From NCBI RefSeq assembly GCF_004010195.1, contig NC_057719.1, positions 38,376,758-38,440,757 on the forward strand: 64,000 nt of DNA. Reading direction: 5' to 3'. Below the pieces are notes generated by a model. That model made no database searches and was not told the DNA's origin. It saw only the letters and a list, made by a program, of their open reading frames with translations. Positions 35,601-46,287 of this stretch are shown here, piece after piece. A program made the position numbers and the translations under genes. Numbering within the stretch: position 1 is the first letter of the stretch; every line of letters begins with the position of its first letter. This DNA is from Chiloscyllium plagiosum (lineage: Eukaryota).

Positions 35601-38600
35601 CAATTGTCAGGCACCAATCTAAGTGCACCAGCGTGCATCCGAATACAGCAGTTGGCTTCTTGCTGTGACTTGGTTGGCTGATGGGCAGGCATTGAGCACA
35701 ATGCAGCAGCTCAAATCTCTGCTCCCATCTATGTCCAATTGCCATGATGTCATGATTTTGCCCTCGTGATTTTGAATATTGCATCTTAAGGCAATAACAA
35801 ACAAAATCTGATGATTTCTTCTACAGAATCATGGTTCCATTATGCCTCATCTGTTTAAATAAATATTTTAAGTTTGACAATGAAGAAACTATTGAAAACG
35901 GCTTCAGCAATTTGATGTTTGGTTCACCAACCAACCTGCCGCAAGTAAGTCTCTAAAAATCTGATCCTTTCCATTGTGAATAGTAAAGGATATTTGAAGG
36001 ATGCTCCAAGCTTTAACCAAATAAGCTGTGAAGGAGAACAGTATTTCATTAACAAGCTGAGTCTTCACATGTACTTGTTTCAAGCTAGTTCTTAAATGGG
36101 GAGTTTCCTCAGAGTATGAGACAGGATACTAGAGATCATTACAAAAGATCAGAAAAAAACAGTTTAGTTGTTGGGGAAGTGAAGAAGAAAGCTGTAACCC
36201 TGTATTTCCCAAGGCCAATCCACCTAAACTGCATATCTTTGGACCAATCTCCCTTTCTTCCTGTAACTCTGCACATGTGTTCCTATTTAATTAATCATTC
36301 AGTACCGTCTTGAGTGCCTCAGTTGGACCAACTTCCACCATGCTTCCAAACAGTGCATTCCATCCCCTAACTACTTGTTGAAAGAGAAAGATTTTTCTCA
36401 TCGAGCATTTGCTTCTTTTGCAAAATACTTTCAAACTAGTTCTTGGTCCATTTACAGGTGGGAGCAGGTTCTGTCTGATCCACTCTGAAATGAGCCCTCG
36501 TGATTTTGAAAACGTCAATTCCATCTCCTCTTCGCCTTCCTCTTTTCGATGGAAACAGTCCCAACTTCTCCAATGTTTCCTCTTAACTAAACTGTCTCAA
36601 TGCTGGATCCATTCTTGTAATCCTCTGCTGCAAACTCCCCAGTGAGTTCTCATTCATCCTTCCTTTATCATAGGCAGCTAGGCTTCCCTGCAACATGGCC
36701 TCACCTCTGAGCTAATTAAATTGTTGTCAGACATCTTTGTCCATCGACTGTTTAGGCAGCGGTTGGGGGGGAGCCATAAAGATCCTTTGTTGGTCCTATC
36801 CCACCCACTTTCACTTGCTACTGCAAAAGCTCATGAAAATTTAATGGGAACTAATTCATTGCTTTTTCATTATGAAATGTGACGTATATTTCAAAATTAA
36901 TTATCTATGTAAATTAATAATTCATGCCTGAAACCAATTTATGGACATTTTCACATTATAAATATTAATACTTAAGCGAACATGTTTATCTTGAAAGTTT
37001 CTGAAATTTTATTAAAATCATCACAGTACTTTTCTTCCGAAAAGCTAATATTTATAGCAAAACTAACAGAAAAATAAATGTTGCTTATAAAATGACATTG
37101 TTATTGCTTTTGCTTCTGATGACTTGTACCCCACAAAGGGAGTTGTTCCAGTTGTGTGATGTGAAGCAAATGGTGGTGATGACAATTCTGGCCTTTTCTC
37201 TATTGTGGCCTTAGCCATGATAGTGTACATCAGAGATAAACATTGTGGGTCAGGCCGAGGACGCTTGCAGATTACCAGTGTCCCACAAGCTACATGCTGA
37301 AAACAACAAATCTAATACTATTACCGTTATCAATTCCCAACTTCTGAATTTCAGTGAAGTCATTGTTTGCCTGAGACAAGAACATCACACCCTGACAAAA
37401 TTTTGCTCATTAAATAGGTGGTAATGCAAGGTTGGTGAGAAGATGGTGTCACACTGCAGTCACCCTCAGCCCTCACACCTCCTGTTCTCGTTTAGGATTA
37501 ATTTAGTTCTCGGCAGGTGACTGCCTGACTAAATGTATCTCAGCAACACTGGTATTTGACAGTGGGTTTGCATGATATTCATGATTGATGTAGATGAGAA
37601 TTTGAGAGAGATGATAAGTAAGGTTGTGGATTAGATAAAGATTAGCTGGGGATAGGGGTGGCAGTGAGCAGCAAGATATTAGGTTACAGGAGGATATAAT
37701 TGCATTGTCAGATGAACAGATCTGAGCAGATGGGAATGAAATATGATAAACCTGATAAATAAGAGCTAATGTATTTTGGAAGAAGGAACAAGACAAGACA
37801 GCACTCAATGAAAAACAAGGCACTAGAAAGCTCACCGGTACAGAGGGATCTTGAGGTGCTTGTTCAAAGATCCCTCAAGATGGTAAGACAGGTTAATAAA
37901 GTAGTTAAGGAAGCATATGGGGCACTTCCCTTTATCAGTCATGGCACAGATCATAAGCACAGGGAGATTATGTTGGAGCTGAACAGAACTTTGGTTGGGC
38001 CACAGCTGGAGTACTGTGTGCAGTTCTGGTAACCGCACTATAGGAAGAATGTGACTTCTTTGGATGGGGGTGAAAAGGAAATGTTGACCAAGATATTATC
38101 TGGGATGGTGGATTTCAGTTTTGACGAGAAGCTGGAAAAACTCAGGTTGTCTTCTTTAGAGCAGAGGAAGTTGAGGGGAGATCTAATTGAGGTGTATAAG
38201 ATTATGAAGATGAATAGAAAGCAGCCGTTCCGTATTGCTATTGAACAGTCACCTTCAGGAAACCTATTGAGAAATTTTAAAAATTATCAGAGTTTTGACA
38301 GAGCAGGCTGAAAGAAACTATTTGTTCTGCCAAATTGATATTCCCACAAGTGGGAAGTTGTGTGTGGACCCTGTGGAGATTGGAGAGGTGCTAAACGAGT
38401 ATTTCTCATTGGTTTTCACTCAGGAAAAGAAGAATATTGTAGAGGAGAAGAATGAGATATGAGTTGTTAGACTAGAAAGGATCAAGGTTAGTAAGGAAAA
38501 TGTGTTATCAATTCTAGAAGGAGTGAACAGATGGGACAGATGGGATTTATCTGAGGATTCTCTGGGAAGCTAGGGAGGAGATGGCGGAGACTTTGGCTTT

Positions 38601-41600
38601 GATTTTTGAGTCATCATTGTCAACAGGTTTAGTACCAGAGGACTGAAGAATTGCAAATGTTGTGTCCTTGTTCAAAAAGGGCAGTAGAGGTAACCCAGAT
38701 AATTATAGACCTGTTGTAGGAAAAGTTTTGAAAGGATTATAAAAGATAGGATTTAAAATAATCTAGCAAGCAACAATTTGAAGTCAGATAGTCAACAAAG
38801 TTTCGTCAAAGGCAAGTCATATCTCACAAACCTCACTAAGTTTTTTGAGAAGGTGACCAAGCATGTAGATGAGAGTAGGGCAGTTGACATGGTATACATG
38901 AACGTCAGTAAAGCTTCGATAAGGCTGTTGGAGAAAATGCAGAGGCATGGGATTGAGGGTGATTTAGCAGTTTGGATTAGAAACAGGCTTTCTGAAAGAA
39001 GTGGTGGTTGATGGAAAATATTCAGCCTGGAGTCCGGTTCTCATTGGAAAGAAGGAAGCTAAGAGGGGATTTGATAGAGACATACAAGATTAGATTACAG
39101 TGTGGAAACAGGCCCTTCAGCCCAACAAGTCCACACCGACCCGCCGAAGCGCAACCCACCCATGCCCCTACATTTACCCCTATACCCAACACTACGGGCA
39201 ATTTAGCATGGCCACTTCACCTGACCTGCACATCTTTGGACTGTGGGAGGAAACCGGAGCACCCGGAGGAAACCCACGCAGACACGGGGAGAATGTGCAA
39301 ACTCCACACAGTCAGTCACCTGAGGCGGGAATTGAACCCAGGTCTCTGGCGCTGTGAGGCAACAGTGCTAACCACTGTGCCACCGTGCCGCCCATGGTGA
39401 TCAGAGGATTAGATAGGGTAGACAGTGGAAGTCTTTTTCCTAGGATGATGACATCAGCATGTACGAGGGGGCATAACTACAAATTGAGACGTGATAGATT
39501 TAAGACAGATGTCAGAGGCAGGTTCTTTGCTCAGAGAGTGGTAAGGGCATGGAATGACCTGCCTGCCAATGTAGCTAACTCAGCCACATTAGGGAGATTT
39601 AAACAATCCTTGGATAAATACATGGATGATGATGGAATAGTGTAGGGGAATGAGCTTAGCTTAGTTCACAGGTTGGCGCAACATCGAAGGCCGAAGGGCC
39701 TTTTCTGTGCTGTATTTTCTATGTTCTAACCAAAGCAACCAAAGAAGATATACTGAAAACAATTTGCATCAGAGTTAAAGGAGAAAAGAGAATCTTTTCC
39801 AAACAGAGCATTGTCAAGTTCTGGAATGCACTACAAGAATGGAAGCATTGGATTCTGTTTCAGGCTCACCAGGCAGCCCCTGTCCTTGATTTGATTTATT
39901 TATTGTCACATGTACTGAAATACAGTGAAAAGCTTTGTTTACCAACAGTACAGGCAGATCATAGTAAGCAAGGACATACAGGTCATAGGTTGAACAAAAA
40001 CTTAGAGGTATAAATTTACATCACACAGTGTGTGCACTAGGCAAGATCAACATTAGCAAGATCAGCATTATTTGAATTTAGAGAGTCCATTCATCAATCT
40101 AATAACAGCTGGGAAGAGATTATTCCTGAACCTGGTGTTTAAGCTTCTGTATCTTCTCCCTGATGGAAGATATTTACTGGGGTGATCATTACTGGGGTGC
40201 AATGGGTCTTAAATGATGTTGGTCGCCTTTCCGCAGCGGTGAGCCATGTAAATGGAGTCCCCCATTTTTTTGTAGTTATGTCACCATTGTGTTACCAGAC
40301 TATAGGGGGCTGCTCTCTCATTACAGAAAAGCAACTGATTGTGATTTAACCTGACAGCCAACAGACCTCAGGCAAGGGAAGAGGGTGAAAAGAAGAGTCC
40401 TTCATGGAAACCTCAAACTGGTGATGGGAATTGAACCTACGCTGTTGGCATCACACTGCTCTGTAAACCAACAATCCAGTCAACTGAGTGGAGTTCATGG
40501 ATGGGGGGTTGGCTTCTGTGATGGTCTGGGCACACAACCTTCTGTAATTTCTTACGGTCCTGGGAAGAGCACTTGCTGAACCAGGCCATTATGCAACCAG
40601 ACTGAATGCTTCAATGGTCTATCTATAGAAGTTAGTGAGGGTCTTTATGGACATGCTAAATTTTCTGAGTCACCTGAGGAAGAAGGGCACATTGTTGTGC
40701 CTTCTTGTGTTGTTGGCTATCATCACGCTAAGGAACTTGTGGCTCTCACCCTCTCAACCTCAGTTCCATTGATGTAGATGGGACGGTGTTCTCCTCGTTT
40801 TTTTCTGAAGTCAATGATCAATTCTTTAGTTTTGTTGACAGTGAGAGAGAGTTTATTCTCATTGCACCATGACATCAGGCCCTCTAACTCCTTTCTGTAT
40901 TCTGACTCATCATTGTTAGATATCTGTCTTACTGTGGTGGTGTTGTCAGCAAACGTGTAGGTGTCTGCACAGTGTCTTCATTGAGGGCCTTGTGCAATGG
41001 TTGCTTCCAATATGTGTGCTTCATGGTAGAGACCAAATGACTACAACAGATCAAGAAGGATATTTGTCAGTGATTGCATTTCAATCCAACCAGATTGTAT
41101 AGGAGAACTTTAATAGGAGAACTAGATGTGTAATTGATGATAACAAATTTGCATGATTTAGAATGTGGGAATAAATTGAACAGCTGTTTAAAAGAGCTAG
41201 CACAGGTGCAATGGTTGAATGGCCTCTTCTTGTGCTGTAAGATTGTATGAACATAGAAATTAGGAACTGAAGTACATCACTCAGTCCTTCAAACCTGCTC
41301 CACCATTCAATAAGATCATGGCATTCAGAATTCCTCATTCCCATCTATCGCCGATAACCTTACCTTCTTGTTGGGAAGGGAATCCATCCATCTCCATCTT
41401 AAGGATATTCATTGAGGCAGAGTCCCAAGAAAGAAAGGAATTCCCTTCATCTCTATCCTAAGTGATTCTGAATTTGCAGCTGTGTGAACATGTTCCTTGG
41501 AGGGAACATAACCTCCCAGCTTCTACCCTTCAGAATTGTGTAGGTTTCATTGAGATCACCTTCTAGAGCTTATTACCTAATTTATTTGGTTTCTTATCTT

Positions 41601-42270
41601 GGATACCCCCCTCAACCCAGGGACCAATCTGTGAATATTCACCGTATTGCCTCCAATGCAAATATATCCTTCCTTAGTTAGGGAGACCAAATCTGTGTAC
41701 AGTACATCACATGCGGTCTCACCAAAGACCTGCTGCACTTTTCCAGCAACACATTTTCAGACCTGTACAATTACGGTGTACTTTCTTATACTTGTAGTAC
41801 AATCACCTGCAATAAATGTGAGAAACAAAATGTAACAGCACAGATTGCAGTCCCTCCTGTTCTGTCTGGCACAGGCTCTAGCACAGCTGAAGATCAGGAG
41901 ATTAGTGTGGTCTGGCCTGTGATTCAGTTGCATTATAGGATAACTCAACTCGTGTTAGTTTTTCTTTTGCATGTGTGTAATATTATCAGAGGCTTTGAAA
42001 CCAACTGAACTAAGGCAAGTAGAAGATAAATCCAGGACTCAAGATAAATATTTTAGAGCACTGCAATAGAAACGGGCATGTCAACATTTATTCAGTAGCC
42101 CAATGATAATAGTCAACATGTACATGGGTAGCCTGATTCAGATTAACTTCTTTGTGTTTTTTTAGGATTTTAATGGTGCCTGTTCTGGAGGACAAGTAAT
42201 AAATTTTGTCGCAAGTCAAAATTTCACTAACCCAGCCTTTGAGCAACACTTTGGTGAACAAGATTGTTAA
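5589..42270 (+). CDS. AMN: Amnionless, 5'-partial spliced CDS: join(5589-5676,10644-10876,11340-11477,15350-15458,20343-20425,22474-22660,33592-33760,35827-35944,42166-42270)
   Basis: Nine AG/GT-bounded exons with compatible phases sum to 1230 nt, one open frame ending in TAA. Translation has AMN hallmarks: [22 protein letters not shown] cysteines (GCDCGN...[13 protein letters not shown]), TM helix, FTNPAF. Confidence 0.96.
5805..8187 (-). mobile_element. CR1 LINE (major family), antisense in AMN intron 4; contains a gap
   Basis: APE motifs ([17 protein letters not shown]), [15 protein letters not shown], 3' tail of ctctatga repeats. Confidence 0.92.
8269..8421. repeat. 40-bp minisatellite, about 4 visible units next to a gap
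   Basis: Unit acaggagtgttgtagtgaagtttattatacacactgtaac repeats with few changes. Confidence 0.9.
8441..9003 (+). mobile_element. Penelope-like element 3' fragment: GIY-YIG endonuclease C-terminus plus terminal repeat
   Basis: [13 protein letters not shown]...PVAQHFN...[10 protein letters not shown] (ORF 8422-8712), then hammerhead motif. Confidence 0.9.
8909..8944 (+). ncRNA. Minimal type I hammerhead ribozyme motif (PLE family A type)
   Basis: CTGATGA-A-GGGC-TTTT-GCCC-GAA-ACGT-C: core boxes, perfect stem II, palindromic ACGT in place of helix III. Confidence 0.75.
10644..10876 (+). CDS. AMN: AMN exon (exon 5 equivalent): (G)[20 protein letters not shown]...[18 protein letters not shown]...ISLMNR
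   Basis: ctgcag|GT GAG ... AGG|gtgagt; 233 nt; lies within ORF 10616-10951. Confidence 0.96.
11340..11477 (+). CDS. AMN: AMN exon (exon 6 equivalent): [46 protein letters not shown]
   Basis: catag|ACG ... GGT|gtaagc; 138 nt, phase 0/0. Confidence 0.95.
11840..12170 (+). mobile_element. Ancient Deu-domain-type SINE relic
   Basis: Degenerate ...ctgtttgaaaaggagtagcaagttctc...ttgctgtgtgcag, shared with other relics in the window. Confidence 0.45.
12172..12332. mobile_element. PLE terminal-repeat fold-back mini-insertion (family A)
   Basis: Inverted arms meet inside the hammerhead; TSD ggatatcttgagggta at 12156-12171 and 12333-12348. Confidence 0.85.
12740..12898 (+). mobile_element. PLE 3' terminal fragment with mutated hammerhead motif
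   Basis: ctgatgaagggcatatacccaaaaacgtcgattctcctgctcctcggatgctgcc. Confidence 0.75.
13760..14982 (+). mobile_element. CR1 LINE, 5'-truncated (RT to 3' tail), AMN intron 6
   Basis: KFADDT, RDLGVQ, QFWSP motifs; tail gactctat. Confidence 0.92.
15350..15458 (+). CDS. AMN: AMN exon (exon 7 equivalent), VWC domain: [36 protein letters not shown]
   Basis: ttgcag|AAC ... TGT G|gtgagc; 109 nt. Confidence 0.95.
15755..18672 (+). mobile_element. CR1 LINE with ORF1 esterase remnant, APE and RT; two gaps; AMN intron 7
   Basis: [11 protein letters not shown] (SGNH esterase of CR1 ORF1), [28 protein letters not shown], 3' tail. Confidence 0.93.
19570..19850 (-). mobile_element. Ancient Deu-domain-type SINE relic
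   Basis: Reverse complement shows a tRNA-like head (ggttcaaacaccactccagg) and ggctgacagctcc..tgcaatactgag segment. Confidence 0.5.
20343..20425 (+). CDS. AMN: AMN exon (exon 8 equivalent): (G)[27 protein letters not shown]
   Basis: tttcag|GT GCC ... ATG|gtatgt; 83 nt; resembles human [28 protein letters not shown]. Confidence 0.95.
22074..22425. mobile_element. Tc1/mariner (Tigger/pogo-like) MITE
   Basis: TA TSDs (22072-73, 22426-27); imperfect TIRs CAGGTgcACAATCCTTTATCCGAAAT / ATTTTGGATAAAAGGTTGTctACCTG; no transposase ORF. Confidence 0.85.
22474..22660 (+). CDS. AMN: AMN exon (exon 9 equivalent): [17 protein letters not shown]...[32 protein letters not shown]
   Basis: attag|GAC ... CGA G|gtaac; 187 nt. 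Confidence 0.94.
23459..24358 (+). repeat. 5' LTR (contains a PLE insertion at 24152-24338)
   Basis: Starts TGTTATGAAGATG; collinear with 31308-31826. Confidence 0.9.
24152..24338 (-). mobile_element. Probable PLE 3' end (family C) with degenerate hammerhead at 24188-24228, nested in the 5' LTR
   Basis: TSD ggtttaccttgt at 24140-24151 and 24339-24350; minus strand gcgCTGAGGAtgtcacctagacaggggtcGAAAtatctgc; ends in (caa)n. Confidence 0.7.
24363..24388 (+). promoter_or_regulatory. Primer binding site, tRNA-Pro type (degenerate)
   Basis: TGGAGGCTCattgtCAGGATTTGAAC resembles the complement of the tRNA-Pro 3' end (TGGGGGCTCGTCCGGGATTTGAAC), just after the 5' LTR. Confidence 0.7.
24445..25730 (+). 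mobile_element. CR1 LINE with large internal deletion, nested in the LTR element leader
   Basis: APE region jumps at ~25285 (LANTIKEN) straight to the ORF2 C-terminus ([10 protein letters not shown]) and 3' tail. Confidence 0.9.
25790..26312 (+). mobile_element. CR1 LINE 3' fragment (second family), nested in the LTR element leader
   Basis: [17 protein letters not shown]...RGHNYKLRG; same family as 38345-39730. Confidence 0.88.
31298..31826 (+). repeat. Polypurine tract and 3' LTR (31308-31826)
   Basis: aagggggaagg precedes tattatgaagatg; lacks an internal block present in the 5' LTR. Confidence 0.9.
31833..32535 (-). mobile_element. PLE (family A): GIY-YIG fragment with inverted terminal repeats and two hammerhead motifs (31892-31927 minus, 32407-32441 plus)
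   Basis: ORF 32066-32425 (LAERFREH...PVAQHFN); TSD gtaaaagtata at 31821-31831 and 32536-32546. Confidence 0.92.
32580..32928 (-). mobile_element. HE1-like V-SINE
   Basis: Reverse complement of tRNA head, V-domain and CR1 tail. Confidence 0.85.
33592..33760 (+). CDS. AMN: AMN exon (exon 10 equivalent) with transmembrane helix [24 protein letters not shown]
   Basis: tgcag|GG GCC ... ATA AG|gtgaaa; 169 nt; ORF 33576-33764. Confidence 0.93.
33923..34092. mobile_element. PLE terminal-repeat fold-back mini-insertion (family B), partly deleted
   Basis: Inverted and direct pieces of the 49095-49217 terminus; imperfect TSD taggctaaaccag / tagaccaaaccag. Confidence 0.7.
34933..35470 (-). mobile_element. 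CR1 LINE 3' fragment
   Basis: ORF 35104-35421 ([19 protein letters not shown]). Confidence 0.88.
35827..35944 (+). CDS. AMN: AMN exon (exon 11 equivalent): (R)[39 protein letters not shown]
   Basis: ttcttctacag|A ATC ... CAA|gtaagt; 118 nt; phase 2/0 bridges the neighbouring exons; GFSNLMF aligns to the first GFxNPxF motif. Confidence 0.85.
36280..36670 (-). mobile_element. Old CR1 3' fragment
   Basis: [24 protein letters not shown]. Confidence 0.6.
37630..38230 (+). mobile_element. CR1 RT C-terminal fragment
   Basis: [34 protein letters not shown]. Confidence 0.85.
38345..39730 (+). mobile_element. CR1 LINE (second family) with internal deletions and a nested SINE
   Basis: [16 protein letters not shown]; jump at ~39040 to [12 protein letters not shown]; tail ttctatgttcta. 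Confidence 0.88.
39088..39393 (-). mobile_element. Well-preserved HE1-like V-SINE nested in CR1
   Basis: CpG-rich head ggcggcacggtggcacagtggttagcac (reverse strand); interrupts the CR1 YKM-IRG segment. Confidence 0.9.
39886..40960 (-). mobile_element. Rex1/Babar-like LINE 3' fragment with an insertion at ~40260-40490
   Basis: Minus strand [11 protein letters not shown]...[23 protein letters not shown]; tail cactgtatttcagtacatgtgacaataaa. Confidence 0.7.
41200..41790 (-). mobile_element. Old CR1 3' fragments abutting tail to tail
   Basis: 3' stem-loop/tail motifs on + (41200-41247) and - (from 41248). Confidence 0.6.
42166..42270 (+). CDS. AMN: AMN terminal coding exon: [34 protein letters not shown]
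   Basis: Strong polypyrimidine tract ...gtttttttag|GAT; FTNPAF motif; TAA at 42268-42270. Confidence 0.9.
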   Translation, partial: DFNGACSGGQVINFVASQNFTNPAFEQHFGEQDC

Positions 42271-43239
42271 AACTTATCGGTACATATGTCTGTTTGTAAT
42301 ATTCGAAAATCCAAGGAAATTTGCAAGTAGTCATTTTTCATCTTCACCAACCACTCATATGAGGGAAATGTATGGGTTAACCACAAACATAGAAAATTTT
42401 ATTAACTTCATTTTCAATCTTTGCTCAGTTAAAGTTTTCTTGGCAATGTGCATGGTTAGGGTATTCAATGATATCTAAAAGTATGTATTTTTCCAAAATA
42501 TTTTTAAAAAGCCTTAACATTTTGCTCTTCAATCCACTGACATCAGTTCAGTTAAGCATTACCTGTTAGAAACTCTATCTTGCCATTGCCAAGAAAATCT
42601 CATGAACATACAATATGCTGTCTCCCTTCTGTCTGATGCTAAATATTGGCTTCCAGTCTTACTAATTCACTTAATTGAATTTTAGACTGAACTAAGAAAA
42701 ATAATTAACAAAAGAAAACATTAACAGATTGATAGCAACAATGGTTAAAAAAAAAACGGAATGACATGCTAATTTGGAAAGGCAAAAGGAAGAGCAGCAA
42801 AGGATATTTTTTGATGGATAACTAAACTGACAGAAACTGGGTTAACTTTTCATTTATCTTGCAATCACTATAATGAATCCTTTTAGTCTTGCAGCTGGAT
42901 TATGAGGATTAGATGTCAGTTAACTGACTTTAATTCTTCTGATGGTCAGGCTCAGTCCATATTCAGCTTCTGTTATGATTAAATTGTCAGACTAACAGAG
43001 ACAAATGTCTCTTTTCCACAGAGAAGGCCACCAGACATTTATTACAATCTCATTTCTGTTATTTTGATTCAGGGTAACGTGGCGGGTAAGCAATGAAGCT
43101 TTTCCTTTGGAACATGAACAGACATTTTAGCATTGCTTTAATTATGTTTGATTATTTGATGTAAATTTTATCAAATGTAGATGGCTACCTACACTGAGAT
43201 GTGCAAATAAGTATCTGTTTATGGTGCCCTGTCTTCAGA

Positions 43240-43381
43240 AATAAACCAGTGATTACAGAGACAGATATATAGATGGATAATAATTTTATGACTTCCATTT
43301 TAATGTCAGTCCCTTTTGTCTTCGTGTGTATTAAATGCATTTTATTTTGAACTAATGTTTTTAAGCAATGGTTAAAATAAA
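43240..43381 (+). promoter_or_regulatory. Candidate AMN polyadenylation signals (AATAAA at 43240-43245 and 43376-43381)
   Basis: Hexamers in an AT-rich stretch with no repeat I recognise, about 1 kb after the stop; T/GT-rich sequence follows the second. No transcript evidence. Confidence 0.35.
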
Positions 43382-44399
43382 ATTATGATTGATGCTTCCT
43401 GAGAAATGTGTTATTTTACATTTTTTACTTCCCTGAGTAGTTTTATAATTCATTATCCTATTTTTAGATACTGATGGAAAATTGTAAAAGTTATAAACCC
43501 ACTATATAAGCTGTTGTCTTTGTGCAGTTTAAAATGTTAATGTAATTGGTCACTATCTTTAGTAAAAAAACCTAAGCTCCTTATTCCATCAGATGAAGCC
43601 ATTAATGTCCATCTGATTTTTCTCTTGTCATCATTTGTAAGGGTTGGGCCAATTACTGAGACGAACACTGTAATGATTTGCCATTGCCTTCTGCAGGATG
43701 GAGGTGACCAGGAAACTCACCCACTCTACTATCCACCATCAGGAATATTGAAAGGATTTATAAACTGACAATCAACCTCCTTGCCCAAAATACAAACCCA
43801 GTCTCCAGAGCAAGCATATGCTCAAACCCAATCATGTGACCCACTACACCACAAGACATGACATAAAGGAAATAGGATAAGCCATAAGATTCTTCAGCTT
43901 ATAATTGCTGTTTTAAACATTTGTTCGGCTGAAGTGGTGTTTAGAGTATTGAGTGTGTCCAATTTCATTTTATTTTTCAATTTTAACCACTTACTTTAAA
44001 GCAAAATGGTCCACACATATTTGGATTAAAGAACCCCTGTTTTGAAATACTCTCTCTATCACCAGGAAAAGTAGTGCAAAACCATATCAAAACCCACAGA
44101 CAGCATCCTTGGATTTTGGCGCCATGAATTACCGAAAGAAAATGACATAACTAGGAAGGATGATGTGATTAGTTGCTTTATGCTCTGTAACTCTCCAATA
44201 GAAAGTATTTTATTTATACAAAGATATTTTTGAGCCATGACTCTCTCTCAGATTTTAACACAATATCTGAAGGAATAAATGACATGGTATTTGTAGACAG
44301 AATTACAGGCTCAAGGTAAGCAAGCCAACTATTGTTCTATATTTCTGCTTAGATATTAGGGAAGTGTCCTGTGTTATCTGCTCCTCAGTTTCCATCCTA

Positions 44400-45050
44400 G
44401 CCCAAGAGCAACATGGTTTATCTCCTCTGATAACTATCCCTCCCTTGTTTACCATGAATCTATCTATTTTTGCCTTAAAAACATTTGAAGATTCTACTTC
44501 ACCAACTTCTGTGATAGCTCCAAAGATTTGCGATCCTCCTAGAAAAAGCAACCTATCTCTTCATCTTGGTCTTAAATGGACGATCTCCAATATTTAAACC
44601 ATGACCCCGATTCAAGATTCTATCACATGAGGAAATATCCTTTCCATATCTTGCCTGTCTGACCCCTTGATCTATGTTTCAATCAAATGTCCTCTTCAAG
44701 TAAGAGAACAGATACAAGACTAGCTTGTCCAACCTTAACCTTGTAAGACAACCTACACATTGCAGGTATTAGTCTGGTAAACCTTCTCTGAATTGCCTCC
44801 AATGCATTTAGATATCATCTTACATAAGGAGACCAATATTGTGTGCAGTATTCTAGATGTGGTACCACCAGTGCCTTTTTTTACAGAACTGCCTGTACTT
44901 TTTATTCAACTCCTTTAATAAGCCAAAACATCCTATTAGTTTTTCTAATTGCTTGCTGTATTTGCATAAATATCTTTTGTGATTCATGCACAAACCCCCA
45001 GCTCCGTCAAAACCTTAGAGGTCTGTAATTCCTCACCATTTAGATAGTAA
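44400..45050 (-). mobile_element. Old CR1 3' fragment
   Basis: Reverse strand LVVPHLEYCTQYWSP; VFKAKIDRF. Confidence 0.7.
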
Positions 45051-45184
45051 GATCCTAACATTATTTTGTTTTTCTTATTTTCACTGTCAAAAAAAAACAT
45101 GTGAAACAAAAAAGACTTGAACCACTGTTGAAAACAGCTCAGCAAAAGCAGTGCAATTACTGAATAGTTACATGGAGAAGCCTT

Positions 45185-45460
45185 TGGGAGATTTCAAGAC
45201 TAAGGGGCATATTTGTAGGGAGAGTGCAGAAAGACTTAAAAAGGACATGAGTGGCAATTTTTTTACACAGAGTGTACAATTAACTTCCAGAGGAAGGGTG
45301 GATGTGGATGAAGTTACAACATTGAAAATACATTGAGGTAAGTACATGAATAAGAAATATTTAGAGGGATACGGGCCAAGCACAGACAGGTGGGATTAGT
45401 TTAGTTCGGTTTAGGACTAGTTGGACCAGAGGGTCTGTTTCCATGCTGTATGACTCTATA
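45185..45460 (+). mobile_element. CR1 3' end
   Basis: GNFFTQ; tail gggtctgtttccatgctgtatgactctat. Confidence 0.8.
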
Positions 45461-46287
45461 ACTAACATTTACAAAAGGTTGGGAACAGTAGGCATGTGAC
45501 TCCCAAATTCCCTAGTATGAATTGGAAGGCCATAGGTGTCCTATCCAATTCAGCTTTTTTAAGTAAAGGGTGGAATTATGCTTTTCATACTTACTTACTG
45601 TAGAGCCAGATAAACAAGGAGTAAACGTAAAATAGTCACTGAAATTTGCATAGCTTAACACTTCATTCCTGTCCAAAGAGGACCTGAAAGTTCCTGCTAA
45701 GCTATAGGGAATGCTGGAGGCTTAGCTTTATGTTAAAGTGAACTTTATAATTCACTCTCTCAAGCTTATCCCTTACAGCCACAGAATCAATTGATCAGTA
45801 GGAACTATGGAAGGGCAAGGATTGTGATTTGTCCCAGGCCATGCTATTTGATTGGATAATGCAGCTGGTTGAAACATCAATATCCATCAAAGTGTTCCTT
45901 GGAGAAATAGAAATGTCATGACATTTGACACATTGCTAAAAGACAGAACAAAATATAAAGCAATTGGAGCTAAGCAACAACATCTACAAGCATGTGGGGC
46001 TGTTATCAGTATTGGTACAAAGGCCAGCGTGCAGAATGTAAGCAAATTATTAGGGAAATGAAGTTGTCCTCCTTCCAAGATCTTTGTAATCATTCAATGC
46101 AAAATGGCACTGGCTTTCTATATAAGAAATCTGCATCCAAAAATACAATCGGAGGTTACAATAGGGCACCACCAAGCAAAACACCATCCAAGACATGTTG
46201 GTAACAATGGACAGTACACTGGAGTCCTGCATAAACTTAAATACATCTACATGCTGCAAAACTGAATGTAACACAATGTGTAGAACA

